From IMG/VR virus record IMGVR_UViG_3300025617_001208, positions 1 to 64,000 of that record: a DNA stretch of 64,000 nt. One strand, written 5' to 3'. The notes beneath the pieces are model-generated. The model saw only the letters and a program-made list of their open reading frames with translations, did not search any database and was not told the origin of the DNA. Of this stretch, positions 46,216 through 58,200 are shown piece after piece. This stretch comes from a virus. The position numbers were made by a program, and so were the translations under genes. How positions within the stretch are numbered: the first letter of the stretch is position 1; every line of letters begins with the position of its first letter.

Positions 46216-47727
46216 TTATACTTTTAGTACGCATTCTACTAATTTTTCTTTTTCGTTATCATTAGACTCTAATGCAATTCCTACTAATGCAGTAGTAGAT
46301 ATAGTTCTGCAAACTCCGTCGTTCCATGCGTATACTGCTTGGCCTTTTTTAACTGGGCCGTGTACTCTTACTGGAAGACGACCTTTTAACCCAATGTATT
46401 GCCCTTCGGCTTCACTGTTCATCATATATGCAGGATCAGTTGATACTACGCCGATGCATAAGTCGCTTGCACTTGCTGGTGCAACTTCAAACCCGTCATG
46501 GACGCTTACTGCTACTGCTGTGCCTGCTGGTAATTCTTCTGCTGTAGTATATTTTTCTGCTAAGTCGGCGTAACGTGCTCTACTTGCAACACCAACAAAT
46601 TCTACTGCATAAACTTTTTGATCAGCATCTCTAGCTACTACTGTATTTGCTGTACTTGCAGTCGTAGCACTTACATAACTAGTACCTAATTTTACTGTAT
46701 CTGACTTATCAGCAGTACCTCTAAAATTGTTTGCATGAACACTAGCCCATTTTGCGGTCGAAATACCTAAATTATATGTTTCTGTTTCGCCAGGTAATAT
46801 ACCTTTTCTTTCGTTATTGTTTATAAACTTTGCGATTACTTCTGCAGAACCATCTGTGTTTAATTTTGCACCAATACGTACTTCTTCGCCAACGGTATTT
46901 TCAATGTATCCAACATTTTCGTCAACAATTCTAACTGCTAAATCGTTACTATCGCCTACTCTAAACCCAAGATCTGAAAAACGTACAAGTTGATTAAATT
47001 CTGTGTTATTAACTGTTAAATAATCAGCGGCAGGTATTCCTCCTAATCTAAGAGCATCACTTGATGTTGCCCAAAGCACTGGTTCGTCTGTTTGACCAGC
47101 GTTAGCTGTGATACCGTCAGCATCGGTATTAATTAGTGTAATACCCTTTTTAATTTTAGGAAAATTTGAACTATTAATGCCAACTGGTACGTTTGAGTTT
47201 TGTGTAGATTTTAGTGTAAATTCTTCGTCGCTAATTATAAATTGAACATTGTCGTTAACTAGTGCAACAATAACAGCTTTGTTTGTGTTTCCGGTATCAA
47301 CAACATCAATACTGCGCATCTGTGTTTGCCCATCGCCAGCTGCTTGCGGGCCTACTAATACAAAGTCGTCTTGTGAAGTTCTAGCATATACTTGGTTAGT
47401 GGCATTGTTAAACCAAAAATCGCCAACTGTTAAACCAGTTGGTGCGCTACTACTTACTTCGGCGCCGCCTGTGTTTTTCCACTGCGACCCGGTATAAAAT
47501 TTTAGTTTGTTTAACGAAGCATCAAACCAAATCTGTCCGCTAATTGCCTTTGTTGGTGATGCTGTACCAGCAAAATTTTCCAACAAAAACAAATAGTTTT
47601 CATTTTGTATTTCTCCGTATCCACTGTAATTTTTACCAACAAACTTAATATCTGTGGTATTATCAACTGTGCCATCTTCAACTGATAACAGTTGAGTGCC
47701 GTTAAATTTATTAATTATGTATGCCAT
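46216..47727 (-). CDS. tail fibre/baseplate protein with C-terminal intramolecular-chaperone (peptidase G2-like) domain
   Basis: Shared N-term MAY.IN...LLENFA...GQ.WFD; C-term ARYADLAEKY...GVVSTDPAY.MN...LKGRLPV. Confidence 0.75.
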   Translation of the reverse strand: MAYIINKFNGTQLLSVEDGTVDNTTDIKFVGKNYSGYGEIQNENYLFLLENFAGTASPTKAISGQIWFDASLNKLKFYTGSQWKNTGGAEVSSSAPTGLTVGDFWFNNATNQVYARTSQDDFVLVGPQAAGDGQTQMRSIDVVDTGNTNKAVIVALVNDNVQFIISDEEFTLKSTQNSNVPVGINSSNFPKIKKGITLINTDADGITANAGQTDEPVLWATSSDALRLGGIPAADYLTVNNTEFNQLVRFSDLGFRVGDSNDLAVRIVDENVGYIENTVGEEVRIGAKLNTDGSAEVIAKFINNNERKGILPGETETYNLGISTAKWASVHANNFRGTADKSDTVKLGTSYVSATTASTANTVVARDADQKVYAVEFVGVASRARYADLAEKYTTAEELPAGTAVAVSVHDGFEVAPASASDLCIGVVSTDPAYMMNSEAEGQYIGLKGRLPVRVHGPVKKGQAVYAWNDGVCRTISTTALVGIALESNDNEKEKLVECVLKV

Positions 47728-47760
47728 TGACGATTTCCTTAATCTACACTGTATTTATGC

Positions 47761-49593
47761 TTATACTGCCGAAGTTACTGTTGAAGAATATGTCCAGACA
47801 TTACTACTGTTTACACTATAAGACATGATAGTCCTAGTATAAGTTGTTGTAACCGATGTTGAAACATCTGCAATACTAAAGTCTGCAACAACACTTTGGT
47901 TTTGTACACCGTTACTATCAACGTTTGTAAACGTTTTGTTTACTGCACTATTAACATCAATAGGATCTGTACTAGAACTACTTGCAACAGCATAAATTTT
48001 TGCAATTGTTCCTGCTGGTAATCCAGCTGCTGGTGCTAATTCATTTAGTACTGTAGCAACATTTGACTGTAATGTTACACCTATGCCCATTCCATCTATT
48101 ACTAAACTAAAAAATAACGGCGATGCATTTACTTTATTATCAACATAACCTTTTGTTGCAACATCAGTAGATGTTGTAGGTTCTGCTACGTTTGCAATTT
48201 TTTGTTGCGTTACTAATTGTATAGTACTCGAACTTTCAAGTTGTAATCCACTAATTCTACTAGTAATTCTATTACCGTCGATATCTATATTATCAACTGT
48301 TAAATCATTTAGAACACCAATATTTGTAATACCTGGTGCATTAATAATACTATTTGACAAAGAAGTTTCTGTGAGAATATCTCTGCCATTAATTTTATAA
48401 GCAGTGTTTTTTGGAATATCGATACTATTACTACTTGTCCAACTATTAGTATCAAGCTCCCAGGTCCAATATTTGTCGTCACCTGATACTCTAATAACAA
48501 TACCAGATCCGTCTACGTCCGCTTCTTCTAATAATGTACTATCACTTGTAATTGCAAGTTCGATTAATTTATCTTCAACTCTTAGATTGCTTACATCTAA
48601 GTTAGTTGTATCGCCTTCGACTCTTAAATTACCAGTAATTCTAGCGTCACCTGTAACATCTAAATTAAATTCAGGATCTGTTTTAAATATGCCTACTCTT
48701 TGATTTAAAGTATCAATATGTATTGCATCTAAAACATTAGGTACGTTATCTGCATCAGTATCGGTTTGTACTTGAATTTTAATATCAGTGTCTTCGGTTT
48801 CTGCTTTAATTAGTATATCGGATCCTGTTGCAATTCTTAGTAAAGGACTTTGTCCAATTACAATACCGTTATTATTGTAAAAATTAATTTCTGCACTAGT
48901 AGTATCTTGTCCTTGACCCGATTGTGTTGTTAAAAAGTCATTTTGTGTATACTCTATTCCGTCAACGTCTGTAAGTTTTAAACTATTTGATGCTGTTCCG
49001 TAAAATTGAAAATTAAATATTGAACTTACATTTGTTCCAATCTTAATACTTGTAAATCCATTAATTGGAATAGCAGGAGTGAATGCAGTTTTACTGTGTA
49101 TTAATACCAAGCTACCGTTGATATATTCTTGAGTAATTGTTTGGTTAGTACCAGTTGTATCTCTTATTGTTTCTATAAACTGTCCTGATTTTAATTGACT
49201 TGCTGAATATGTAGGACCAACTAGTTGTAACCCAGTTGATGTTGCAAAATACATCTGCTCATTTGCACTATCTATCCAAATGTCTCCTTCAACTAAACTC
49301 GACGGCTGAACTGCTGTATATGTACTGTTATCTGTACTTCTAAACGTGCTACCATCATAAACTTTTAATCTGTTTTCGCTTGTATCAAACCACAGTTGTC
49401 CTTTAATTGGCTTGCTTGGTGGAGCTGTATTTGCAAAAGTTTCTAGTAGTTTTATAAAGTTTTCATTTAAGAACTCGCCAAACCCTTTGTAATTTCTACC
49501 AATAAAAATTAAGTTTGTGCTGTTTTCGTCAATTTTGCCATCTACTATTTCAGTTAGCAAAGATCCGTCTGTTTTATTTAATTGATACGCCAT
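47761..49593 (-). CDS. tail fibre/baseplate protein
   Basis: Shared N-terminal module; RVGIF...P...LDV.G; VAEP....DVATKGYVD repeat. Confidence 0.75.
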   Translation of the reverse strand: MAYQLNKTDGSLLTEIVDGKIDENSTNLIFIGRNYKGFGEFLNENFIKLLETFANTAPPSKPIKGQLWFDTSENRLKVYDGSTFRSTDNSTYTAVQPSSLVEGDIWIDSANEQMYFATSTGLQLVGPTYSASQLKSGQFIETIRDTTGTNQTITQEYINGSLVLIHSKTAFTPAIPINGFTSIKIGTNVSSIFNFQFYGTASNSLKLTDVDGIEYTQNDFLTTQSGQGQDTTSAEINFYNNNGIVIGQSPLLRIATGSDILIKAETEDTDIKIQVQTDTDADNVPNVLDAIHIDTLNQRVGIFKTDPEFNLDVTGDARITGNLRVEGDTTNLDVSNLRVEDKLIELAITSDSTLLEEADVDGSGIVIRVSGDDKYWTWELDTNSWTSSNSIDIPKNTAYKINGRDILTETSLSNSIINAPGITNIGVLNDLTVDNIDIDGNRITSRISGLQLESSSTIQLVTQQKIANVAEPTTSTDVATKGYVDNKVNASPLFFSLVIDGMGIGVTLQSNVATVLNELAPAAGLPAGTIAKIYAVASSSSTDPIDVNSAVNKTFTNVDSNGVQNQSVVADFSIADVSTSVTTTYTRTIMSYSVNSSNVWTYSSTVTSAV

Positions 49594-51593
49594 TACGAAA
49601 GTACTCCATGATAAATTATATAATTCAATGCAACATAAGGCGGAGTAATATCAACACCTGAAGCTAGTGGCGAATTGTCAACACCGCCGGTTTTTGTTAT
49701 CCCACTAGCTGCTACTGACGAAACTTGCTGTGTATATGCATCAACATCTGCTTCACTACTATTATCAACTTTACTTACAGCATAATAAGTGTCGCCTGAC
49801 TCGCTTGTTAAATTGTGAGTGTGGTCTGGCAAATTATTAATATCAAGAACAGCACTTTCGCTACCGCCAAGTCCGCCCATTTGTCCTAATGCAGGATCGC
49901 TTATAAGTCTATTTGGTCCTGTTAATCCGCTGGAAATACCAGTTGCTAATCTTCCTCTTAAATCAGGAATGTTAAAGAACAGTGAAGGGTTACTTGATGT
50001 TCCCCAATACCATGTATTATTATCATTTGGGTTATAGCCGAGTGCGTTTGCTAAATCGATATAGTCTAATAAACTTGTTTCACTACCGTCACAAATAAAC
50101 CAACCAGTAGGAGCAATTAAGCCTGCATAAGGAACAAGTGTGCCAAGAGGAATAATAGGAATTGTAGAAACAAGATTAGCCTGTGTAATTTTTCTTAATC
50201 CGGATCCTGGTCTATTAATTATAATTTCGTCAGCTGTGTCCGGTGTTGTAACCGCAGTTTTATCTGCAATAAAAGTTTGATTGATTTGTGTAGTAAATTG
50301 TTTAGTTAAGCCGCCTGTTTGGCCGTCAAATGCTATACTGTTAGTAGAACTAACTTCTCCGGTCATGCTAAATGTTGTAGCACTAGTAAGTTTATTTGTA
50401 CTTCCCGAACTTCCAGTAACATTGCCGGTTACATCGCCTACAAAACTTCCTGTAAACTTTTTAGCAAAAATATTGTTAAATCTATCAGCATTTGTACCAA
50501 TGTTACTTACATTAGGCTCATCTGCAAAAATATTATCAGTAGTTAAAGATCCACTAATAGTTGCACTACCAATTAAACTAATATTATCATTAAATGTAGT
50601 AGTTCCGCTTACTGTTAAATTGCCTTGAGTTGTTATATTTCCTGTATTAATAATATTACCAGTAATATCTAATGCTTCAACTGGATCTGCTGTGAGTATT
50701 CCTACATTTCCATTATTTTTTATTCTGATTGGAGTTATTGTAGATCCGTTGTTGTTTGTTCTTAAATCAAAAAATCCTGTACTTTGGTTTTGACTAATAA
50801 TTGCATTTGTACCTTCAACTTCAAGTGCAAGTGTACGTGTATTGCCGACTTCTATGCCTTCATTAGTTCTAACTGTAAATGGAAATGTTGTTACAGTAGC
50901 TTCATCGTTTCTTACAAATCTGTTTCCGTCAACTGGATTGCCATTAACTAGTAATTGCTCGGCTTTGTCGGCAATGCCTTTAAATCGTGCAACTGTATTA
51001 TCAACATTTGAACTAACATTTACACCTGGTGATAATTGTCCAAATCCAGGAATTAATATCTTTGGAGTAAAGGTATTACCTACAATTATGCTTACAGCAA
51101 CATTATCGATATAATTAATAATTGCTTGTCTATCAACATTATCAGTGTCAGTAATAGTTATTGCCTTTGCACCTGTATTAGTACCACTTGCAACTTCAGG
51201 CCCAACTAAAATCCAGCCAGAACCGCTATACAAATATAATTGCTGTGTGCCTGTGTTTACCCAAAGGTCGCCTAAAACACTGTTAGATATATCCGGTTCA
51301 TCTGTACCCTTTTTTAATCCTCCAGCACTAACCCAATTAGTTCCATCATAAACTTTTAAAGTATCATTTTGAGAAGTATTGTCGTACCAAAGTTGTCCTT
51401 CAACAGGGTTGCTAGGCGGATTGTTATCTGCAAAGTTTTCTAATAAATGCAAAAAATTAGTTAAAACAGATTCACCAAAGTTTGTAGCACCGCGTCCTGG
51501 TAATCGCAAACTTGTATCAGTATTAATATCGTTATCTACAACTTCTATACTACCTTTGTTTACACTGTCAGTAAAGTTAATTTGGTATGCCAT
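49593..51593 (-). CDS. tail fibre protein with tail-collar domain
   Basis: Shared N-terminal module; PLGTLVPYAG..APTGWFICDG...FNIPDLRGR...NLPDHTH...PPYVALNYII. Confidence 0.85.
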   Translation of the reverse strand: MAYQINFTDSVNKGSIEVVDNDINTDTSLRLPGRGATNFGESVLTNFLHLLENFADNNPPSNPVEGQLWYDNTSQNDTLKVYDGTNWVSAGGLKKGTDEPDISNSVLGDLWVNTGTQQLYLYSGSGWILVGPEVASGTNTGAKAITITDTDNVDRQAIINYIDNVAVSIIVGNTFTPKILIPGFGQLSPGVNVSSNVDNTVARFKGIADKAEQLLVNGNPVDGNRFVRNDEATVTTFPFTVRTNEGIEVGNTRTLALEVEGTNAIISQNQSTGFFDLRTNNNGSTITPIRIKNNGNVGILTADPVEALDITGNIINTGNITTQGNLTVSGTTTFNDNISLIGSATISGSLTTDNIFADEPNVSNIGTNADRFNNIFAKKFTGSFVGDVTGNVTGSSGSTNKLTSATTFSMTGEVSSTNSIAFDGQTGGLTKQFTTQINQTFIADKTAVTTPDTADEIIINRPGSGLRKITQANLVSTIPIIPLGTLVPYAGLIAPTGWFICDGSETSLLDYIDLANALGYNPNDNNTWYWGTSSNPSLFFNIPDLRGRLATGISSGLTGPNRLISDPALGQMGGLGGSESAVLDINNLPDHTHNLTSESGDTYYAVSKVDNSSEADVDAYTQQVSSVAASGITKTGGVDNSPLASGVDITPPYVALNYIIYHGVLS

Positions 51594-52198
51594 TAGCTAT
51601 TACCTCCACTTAAACTTTGGATTCGTACAGTATAATCAATCTGGATAAGTCTGTTTAATGACTTTTGTACTGGGTGGAAGATAACGTGGGTAAGCAATTT
51701 TCCAGTACCGTCTGCACTATAGCTTCTCAAGCCTAATTCGTCAAATACAAATTGATTTTCGCTATCGCCACTGGTGTCAAATGCATCCTGACCATTTGGC
51801 TCGCTATAATCTAATAAGCAGTTTACAAACAAATCAGTATAATTTTGTCCGCTAACATGTCTAATTTCCATTTTGTTTCTAGTTGGGTCTGTGTTGTTAA
51901 CACTGTTTTCATCAACTACTTTACTGTATGTTTGATTGTAAAGGCTTGCAGTAGTTCCTGTACTGTTTGGTGTTAAATAAGTTATAACACCAGTAGGATC
52001 TACACTAGTTCCGCCATTACCAAAGCTCATTTCATAAACAAAGCCGTTGCCCTGATTACCTAAACTTTCTGCCAGTGCAATACTCATATTTTCATAATGT
52101 ATTGCATTTCTTTTATTAATTAAAACTTCGCCAGTCTTAGGATCATGTATTTTAATATGACCTTGAATGTTAAGTTTATTTGAATCATTATATTGCAT
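51593..52198 (-). CDS. virion structural (baseplate-associated) protein
   Basis: Lies between the giant structural gene and the tail fibres; FGNGG, FDELGL, THVIFHPVQKS; AATAAATA upstream. Confidence 0.65.
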   Translation of the reverse strand: MQYNDSNKLNIQGHIKIHDPKTGEVLINKRNAIHYENMSIALAESLGNQGNGFVYEMSFGNGGTSVDPTGVITYLTPNSTGTTASLYNQTYSKVVDENSVNNTDPTRNKMEIRHVSGQNYTDLFVNCLLDYSEPNGQDAFDTSGDSENQFVFDELGLRSYSADGTGKLLTHVIFHPVQKSLNRLIQIDYTVRIQSLSGGNS

Positions 52199-52227
52199 TT
52201 GTTTGCTTACCTTTACTTATACTGTAT

Positions 52228-55200
52228 TTATTTGCTTAACTTAATTGTTCCGGCTCTTATAAACCTTGCAATTTTTGAATCGCTTGTTGATAGATCATCT
52301 GTCCAAATTTTACCCTGTTTACGCTGTATTACAATTCTTACACCTGTTGGAACATCGTCTCTAAGTATAATAGTATCGTTGTCTGCGTCAATAGTAAACT
52401 CTGGCTGTACTACATTATCACCTTCGGGACTATCTTGGTCAATTAGTGGATCAAAAACTGTAAACTCTTGTGTAGCAGGCTTTCTAAGTTTCTTACCTCC
52501 TACTATAACCTCAACTTCGTTATAATTTAAAATATCAAAATCTAAATTGTATATATTTGTGCTTCCATCGGATACAAATATTTGTTGTAGATCTTTATCT
52601 TTATAAGGAATAGTTTCAGTTTCGCCCTGCTCTTGCATTTTAGTTCCTGCTGCATACTGGGTTTTAACACCTGTTCCTAATGTACCTCTGCGTATTTGTC
52701 TTAATAAATTTCCTTCTATAGCATAGTACTCAATACGTTCTCCTTCAATAAACAATACTCCAGGCTTGCCGTTTGTTCTATTTGGAATTGGAATACCTGT
52801 TGTATCTTCTAAAGTTATATATTGGTCAAAATAGTTCAAAGGTTGACCTAATTTAAATACACTTGCTTCGTTTAAACGTTTGTAATGAACACGATTTAAC
52901 ATGTCTTTAAAAATTCTAAATCCGTATTTTTCACTTGTAACATTTGCAGCAAATTGTATTATTTCTACTACTTCATTATCTGCAGGTTTATTAAACAAAT
53001 TAACAACAGTGTTATTGCTCATTAAATTATAATCAACACTAGGTCTTAACAATTTATTATCTTGTATTACCCATACATAATTAACACCAGCGGCTGGCTG
53101 ATTAAGTTTTATTCGACCATTTGTTAGCTGAATAGCTGTATTGTACTCGTCACTACTTGAAGAAATAACCGGAGTATATAATACTTCAAAACTCAATCTA
53201 TCAAAATTGTTAACATCATGTTCGCTAAATGTAATTATTTCAACTCGTTCGCCTTCTTCAGGAACTTTTTTAAATGTTAAATTTTCACTTTCAACAAATG
53301 TTACATTGTCTATTCTAACAGCTAGTGGATAACTTGCAGACTTGACGCCGGTTAATTCTAACGGAATATCATTTTCTGCTGATTTAACTTTTAATTCTTT
53401 AAAATAACCATTGAGTGTTAAACGAACACCGTTATCAGTTTCTTCAGATGACTTTACAGTTGCAAAAATTTGAGTACTATCTTCCATCACAAAAGATATT
53501 AAATCGCCTTCGTCGTGCAATACTCCAAGTTTAGTACTATCATCCATGTCAACTAAATCAACAACAGTGTCTATAAAATAATATTCGCCGTTACCTAAAA
53601 TATAAATTTCTAAAATATCACCTACGTTACCTATAGTAGGATTTAAAAATTCAATTCTACTGTTAATAGCATCCCATCTATAATCCTTTGTATCAGTAAT
53701 TACTCTATTATTTAAAATTACAACAACATCATCGTTTGATATTTTTGAAGGTTTCTCAAACTGCCATTGTTGTATGCCGTATACTCGATCATTGGTTACA
53801 ATGTGTCTAATATTGTAGCCTGCATTTAAAAATTTATCACCTTGTTTAACAAGCATTTTATGAGTAAACGGTTTTGCTGTATAAGTCATGTTGTTTTTGT
53901 CAAACTTGTAAACATAATTTACACCGTCTCCAACAAAACTCTTATCTACCATAATTTCACTAAACGATTTTGTATCATTATTATAAAGACTAAATCCAAT
54001 AAGTTCGCCGGCTGATGGAGCTCTACTAAATCTTAAAGCGGCGCAATTTTCTTGTTTGTAACTACTATCAGTTTCAAAAATTTCATAATTTAATCCTACT
54101 TGCTGAACAACTCCGTTTATTGTTACAAAACTACTAATCGGATTGGTAAACTTAATACCAGTAACAAATATTTTAGTATTTCCATCGCCAATAAATGTGT
54201 CGCTTTCTAATATATCATTGCCGTTATTGCCAACAACAATAATATGCAAGTCTTGATCATCTTGTATTGTGCTATCATCTTCGAATACTAGCAGATTATT
54301 TTCATAATCTACAGTATACGAATCAATATCAACTTTATTTCCATTTAAGTTAACAATTATAGCTTGCTGACTTTGAGGTAACATGTCTATTGAATACGAC
54401 AATGTGTTGCCTTTGGTTTTATAGATATAACTGGTTTTTATACCTTGACCGTCAGCTGGCTTGTGTTTGACTTGTATATCTAAGGTATCTACAATTTGAC
54501 CCGGTACTACTTCTTCTGGACCTGCACTTGTAATAGGTGTAACAAATCCGTCGCCATCAACTGTAATTTCTCCACTATTTAATCCTTTGGCTGTATTATT
54601 AAATCCGCCTCCAGTAAGTTCTGTATCAAGCACATTATCAGCTGGTTCAAAACTGCCATCGCTGGTTTCTTTTCGTACAATAAAGATATCGCCAGCAGCA
54701 GTCGGCACCTCGTTGCTAATTAATATTTCGTCAGTAACACCGTCTCCGTATACAGTATTTAATAATGCATTTTTATTAGTAATTGCACTACTGCCATCAA
54801 AATTAGGATCGTCTATACGCACATTATTTTTATAAATGTTGTATGCAACACCGTCTTCTAACGGCTTACTTAACGTTAGTACTAATGTACTTCCATCTAA
54901 TGTAAAAATTTCATCTTCAGTTTGACTAAAGATATCCCACGGTATAGTACCAAACCCGCCAATATCAAAGCCTTGCTCGGTTGCAAAGTCGACACTTTCT
55001 AAATTTACACCATCATAGTTAATACCAGTCATAAGCTGACCTAAATTTGTAGTGCCATCTTCGTTTTTTGTAATACCTGGCATGCCATTAGTTGGGTTAT
55101 AATACGCATTAATTCTGTCGGCTGCTGACAACATTGCAGAATCTTTGTAATATGTTATTTCAATTACTGCGTTATTTGCAGGAGCAGTTTCAAATACAAT

Positions 55201-58200
55201 TTGACCTAGTGTTCTTTCATACGTTTTAGATGTATTTTTTATATTACTAGTTTCAAAATCTGTATATAAAACATCGTTGCCATTTACTGTAATGCTAATT
55301 CTGCTTTTACGTAAATCTAATGGCCATTTGGTATTAAATGTTTTTTGTGCACCTGTGCCTGTAAATGTTTCAACTGTTTTTAAATCTGTAAACACAAAAT
55401 TACCCGACACACGATCAAACTTCATAATCATGTGTGTGCTTCTTACCGGACTATCTCCTAGTACTGCTATAATTCTTGGAATTTCATAATCGTCATCATA
55501 GCTACCATTAATTTCAATACTTGGTTGACTTGTATACAATGCATCGCTATAATCAATATCAATAGAAGTTAATTTATCACCTGTTCTATAGCCTTTGCCT
55601 ATTATAGTCGGTCCATTGCCTCCAGATATTGTAATAACCGGTTGAGAATTTAAACCATGTCCTTGATTATAAATTACCAATTCTTGTATTTTAAACTTGT
55701 AATTGTCTAACCAATTTTTTTGAGGATAAGTTTCAATAAACTCTCTATCACCTACAACACGTTCGTTGTAAAATTTAACAGTTTCGGTTACAATTTTATT
55801 TTGTATATTGTCGTATCTCGGGGGCAAATCAAAATCACTAATCATAGTTTGAGAATTTTCAAGGCTTTCGTACGCACTAATGTATTCTCTAATTTTACTA
55901 CTATAAGGTTTTACTTCACTAATAAAATCTTTATAACTATCAAGATTGTCTGATTTAAAATTAATGCGCTGATCTAAAACTCCTAAGTTGTGTTTTGCTG
56001 TTAAGAAACTTGTTTTAAAAATCCAATCAACTGTTTGCTGTTCGTAAAGTGCATATCTAATACCTGTAAACAATATATCGTTGAATTTAATTTCTAAATC
56101 TTCAACAAATATTTTATTTTTTATAGTTTCAAGTATAATTCGTCTTTCGTTAACTGGTTCTGTATCGTAAACTAAATTATCAAATCCAATTTTATCAAAT
56201 CCAAAATTAGTGTTTTGATATAATTTACTATTAAACTTAATTGTGCCGTTTTGTCTACCAATTGTTTTGTAGTTTACAGTATAATCGACTTCGGGCTGTA
56301 CATCAATTTTTTGTAATAGTAGCCAGCCTCCTGCTCCAACATCTTTAATTTTAACAACATCGCCAATACGATCATTCAAACTGTTCAATTGATAGCTGCC
56401 GTCAATTAAATAATCAATTGCAGTATTTTCATCGTAGTCGGTGTCATACCAATCAATATATGACCAGAAATTTTCAACATTCCATTTTTGATACTTTACT
56501 CTTTCAAAATTGCCAGCATAATCGTATTCGTAAATTGCCCATTTACCATTAAGTTCGGCATCAGCTTCAACTAGCAAACTAAACGGACGTACTTGTAAGT
56601 CAATCAGACTATAATTTTTACCAGAATCAACAATAGTAACCGAGTTGACTCTGCCGAAATTATCAATAGTAGTTGTAACTTCTGCATCTGTTCCTGTACC
56701 AGTAATAGTAACAATTGGAGCAGATTTGTATCCATATCCTTGATTTTGAATTTCAACGGAAATTAATTTTCCGTTGTCAATAGTAGGATTTAGAACTGCA
56801 CGTTTAGCGTTAGCAACGCCAACAGTTTGTATATCGTTAATTGTGTCAACACTAATATCAAATTTACCTTCAAGTATTCTTGGCTGTTGATCTTGCTTTG
56901 ACAAATCTGTAATATCTTTAAAATCTGTTATTATTTGTTGTTTTAAAATTAAATTAGTTCTCTCAATTGTTTGCTTAAGAGCTTCTAATCCGTTTCTAAA
57001 TAAGCCTTGTCTAGGACGAGTTTCAATTCCATACTTCTTAGTTTCACCTAATTCTGTATCAGGTACAGGTCTTAAATTTTCATCGTAGCCAACTAAACTA
57101 TCAATCCATTTTTCAATAAACGATGCAGGTGGGTTACTTCCTGCTAGTCCTTCGCTTAGTAACTTGTATTCAGTATGTATATTTCTGTCGTTTATTTCGC
57201 CTTTGTATACATCAATATGCAATGCAATATCTTTGTCTTTTATAAAAGATCCGACATTGTGTAATGCAAACTTGTTTGTACTCAATGCACTCATAAACAC
57301 GTATCCTGCGCTTTGCGGATCTTTTATTAATTGTTCTGCATCATTTGAACTTATTTTTTTATTTTCATTAGATAACAATTTTTTATTACGTACCCAGAAA
57401 TAATATTTGGTTTCAAATGTTTCTGTTATTGCATTATATTTACGACCGACACTATATTTAAAGTCGCCGTATTTGCTGAGACCGCTAATACCTTCAATAA
57501 TACCGTCGTTTGTATCAGCTAATTCGTCCCACTCACTCGGTAAGTAATCACTTTCAACCCATTCAAAAACTTCTGTTTTACTACTAGGAACAAGTTTATT
57601 CCAAAAACTTGTTTGATTTTCTGCATTTCCTTGATAAGGATTATACCACTTTGTAGATTCTGTATTCCACCAGTACTGTCCTACATATTCAGCTGCCCAG
57701 TAATCGCCTTTGTTATTAGTAGTTACATCAACTGAATAACTTGCAGGATCAAACGCTAATTTTAAATCAATAACTTCATCTGCCGGGCCTGCAATTTTAC
57801 CTTGAATAGGATCAATTACATCTAAGAACGTTAGTATATCATTTGTTTTCTTATCAAATAAGAATGCACGTTTGATTTTATTAATATTAGGTGTGTCTAT
57901 TTGTTCTGATAGTTTTTTCCAACTGTATGTACCCTTTTCACGTTTTAAATTAATTACAACACCAAAGTCTGCTGTATATTCTAATCTTGGATAACTGATA
58001 TATATGTGATTAAAGTTTGTAAGAATAATAGGTTTTGAACTTAAAGATGTATCGTAATTCCAATCAAGTTCTTCAGCATACAAGTAGTTGTTATTAAAGT
58101 TTTGGAATATATAGATAGTTCCGCTATCTTCAAACTTGTTAAAAAACTTTGTTGTATTATTATCAAACGATGTATCATTAACACGTATTAGCGTCTGATC

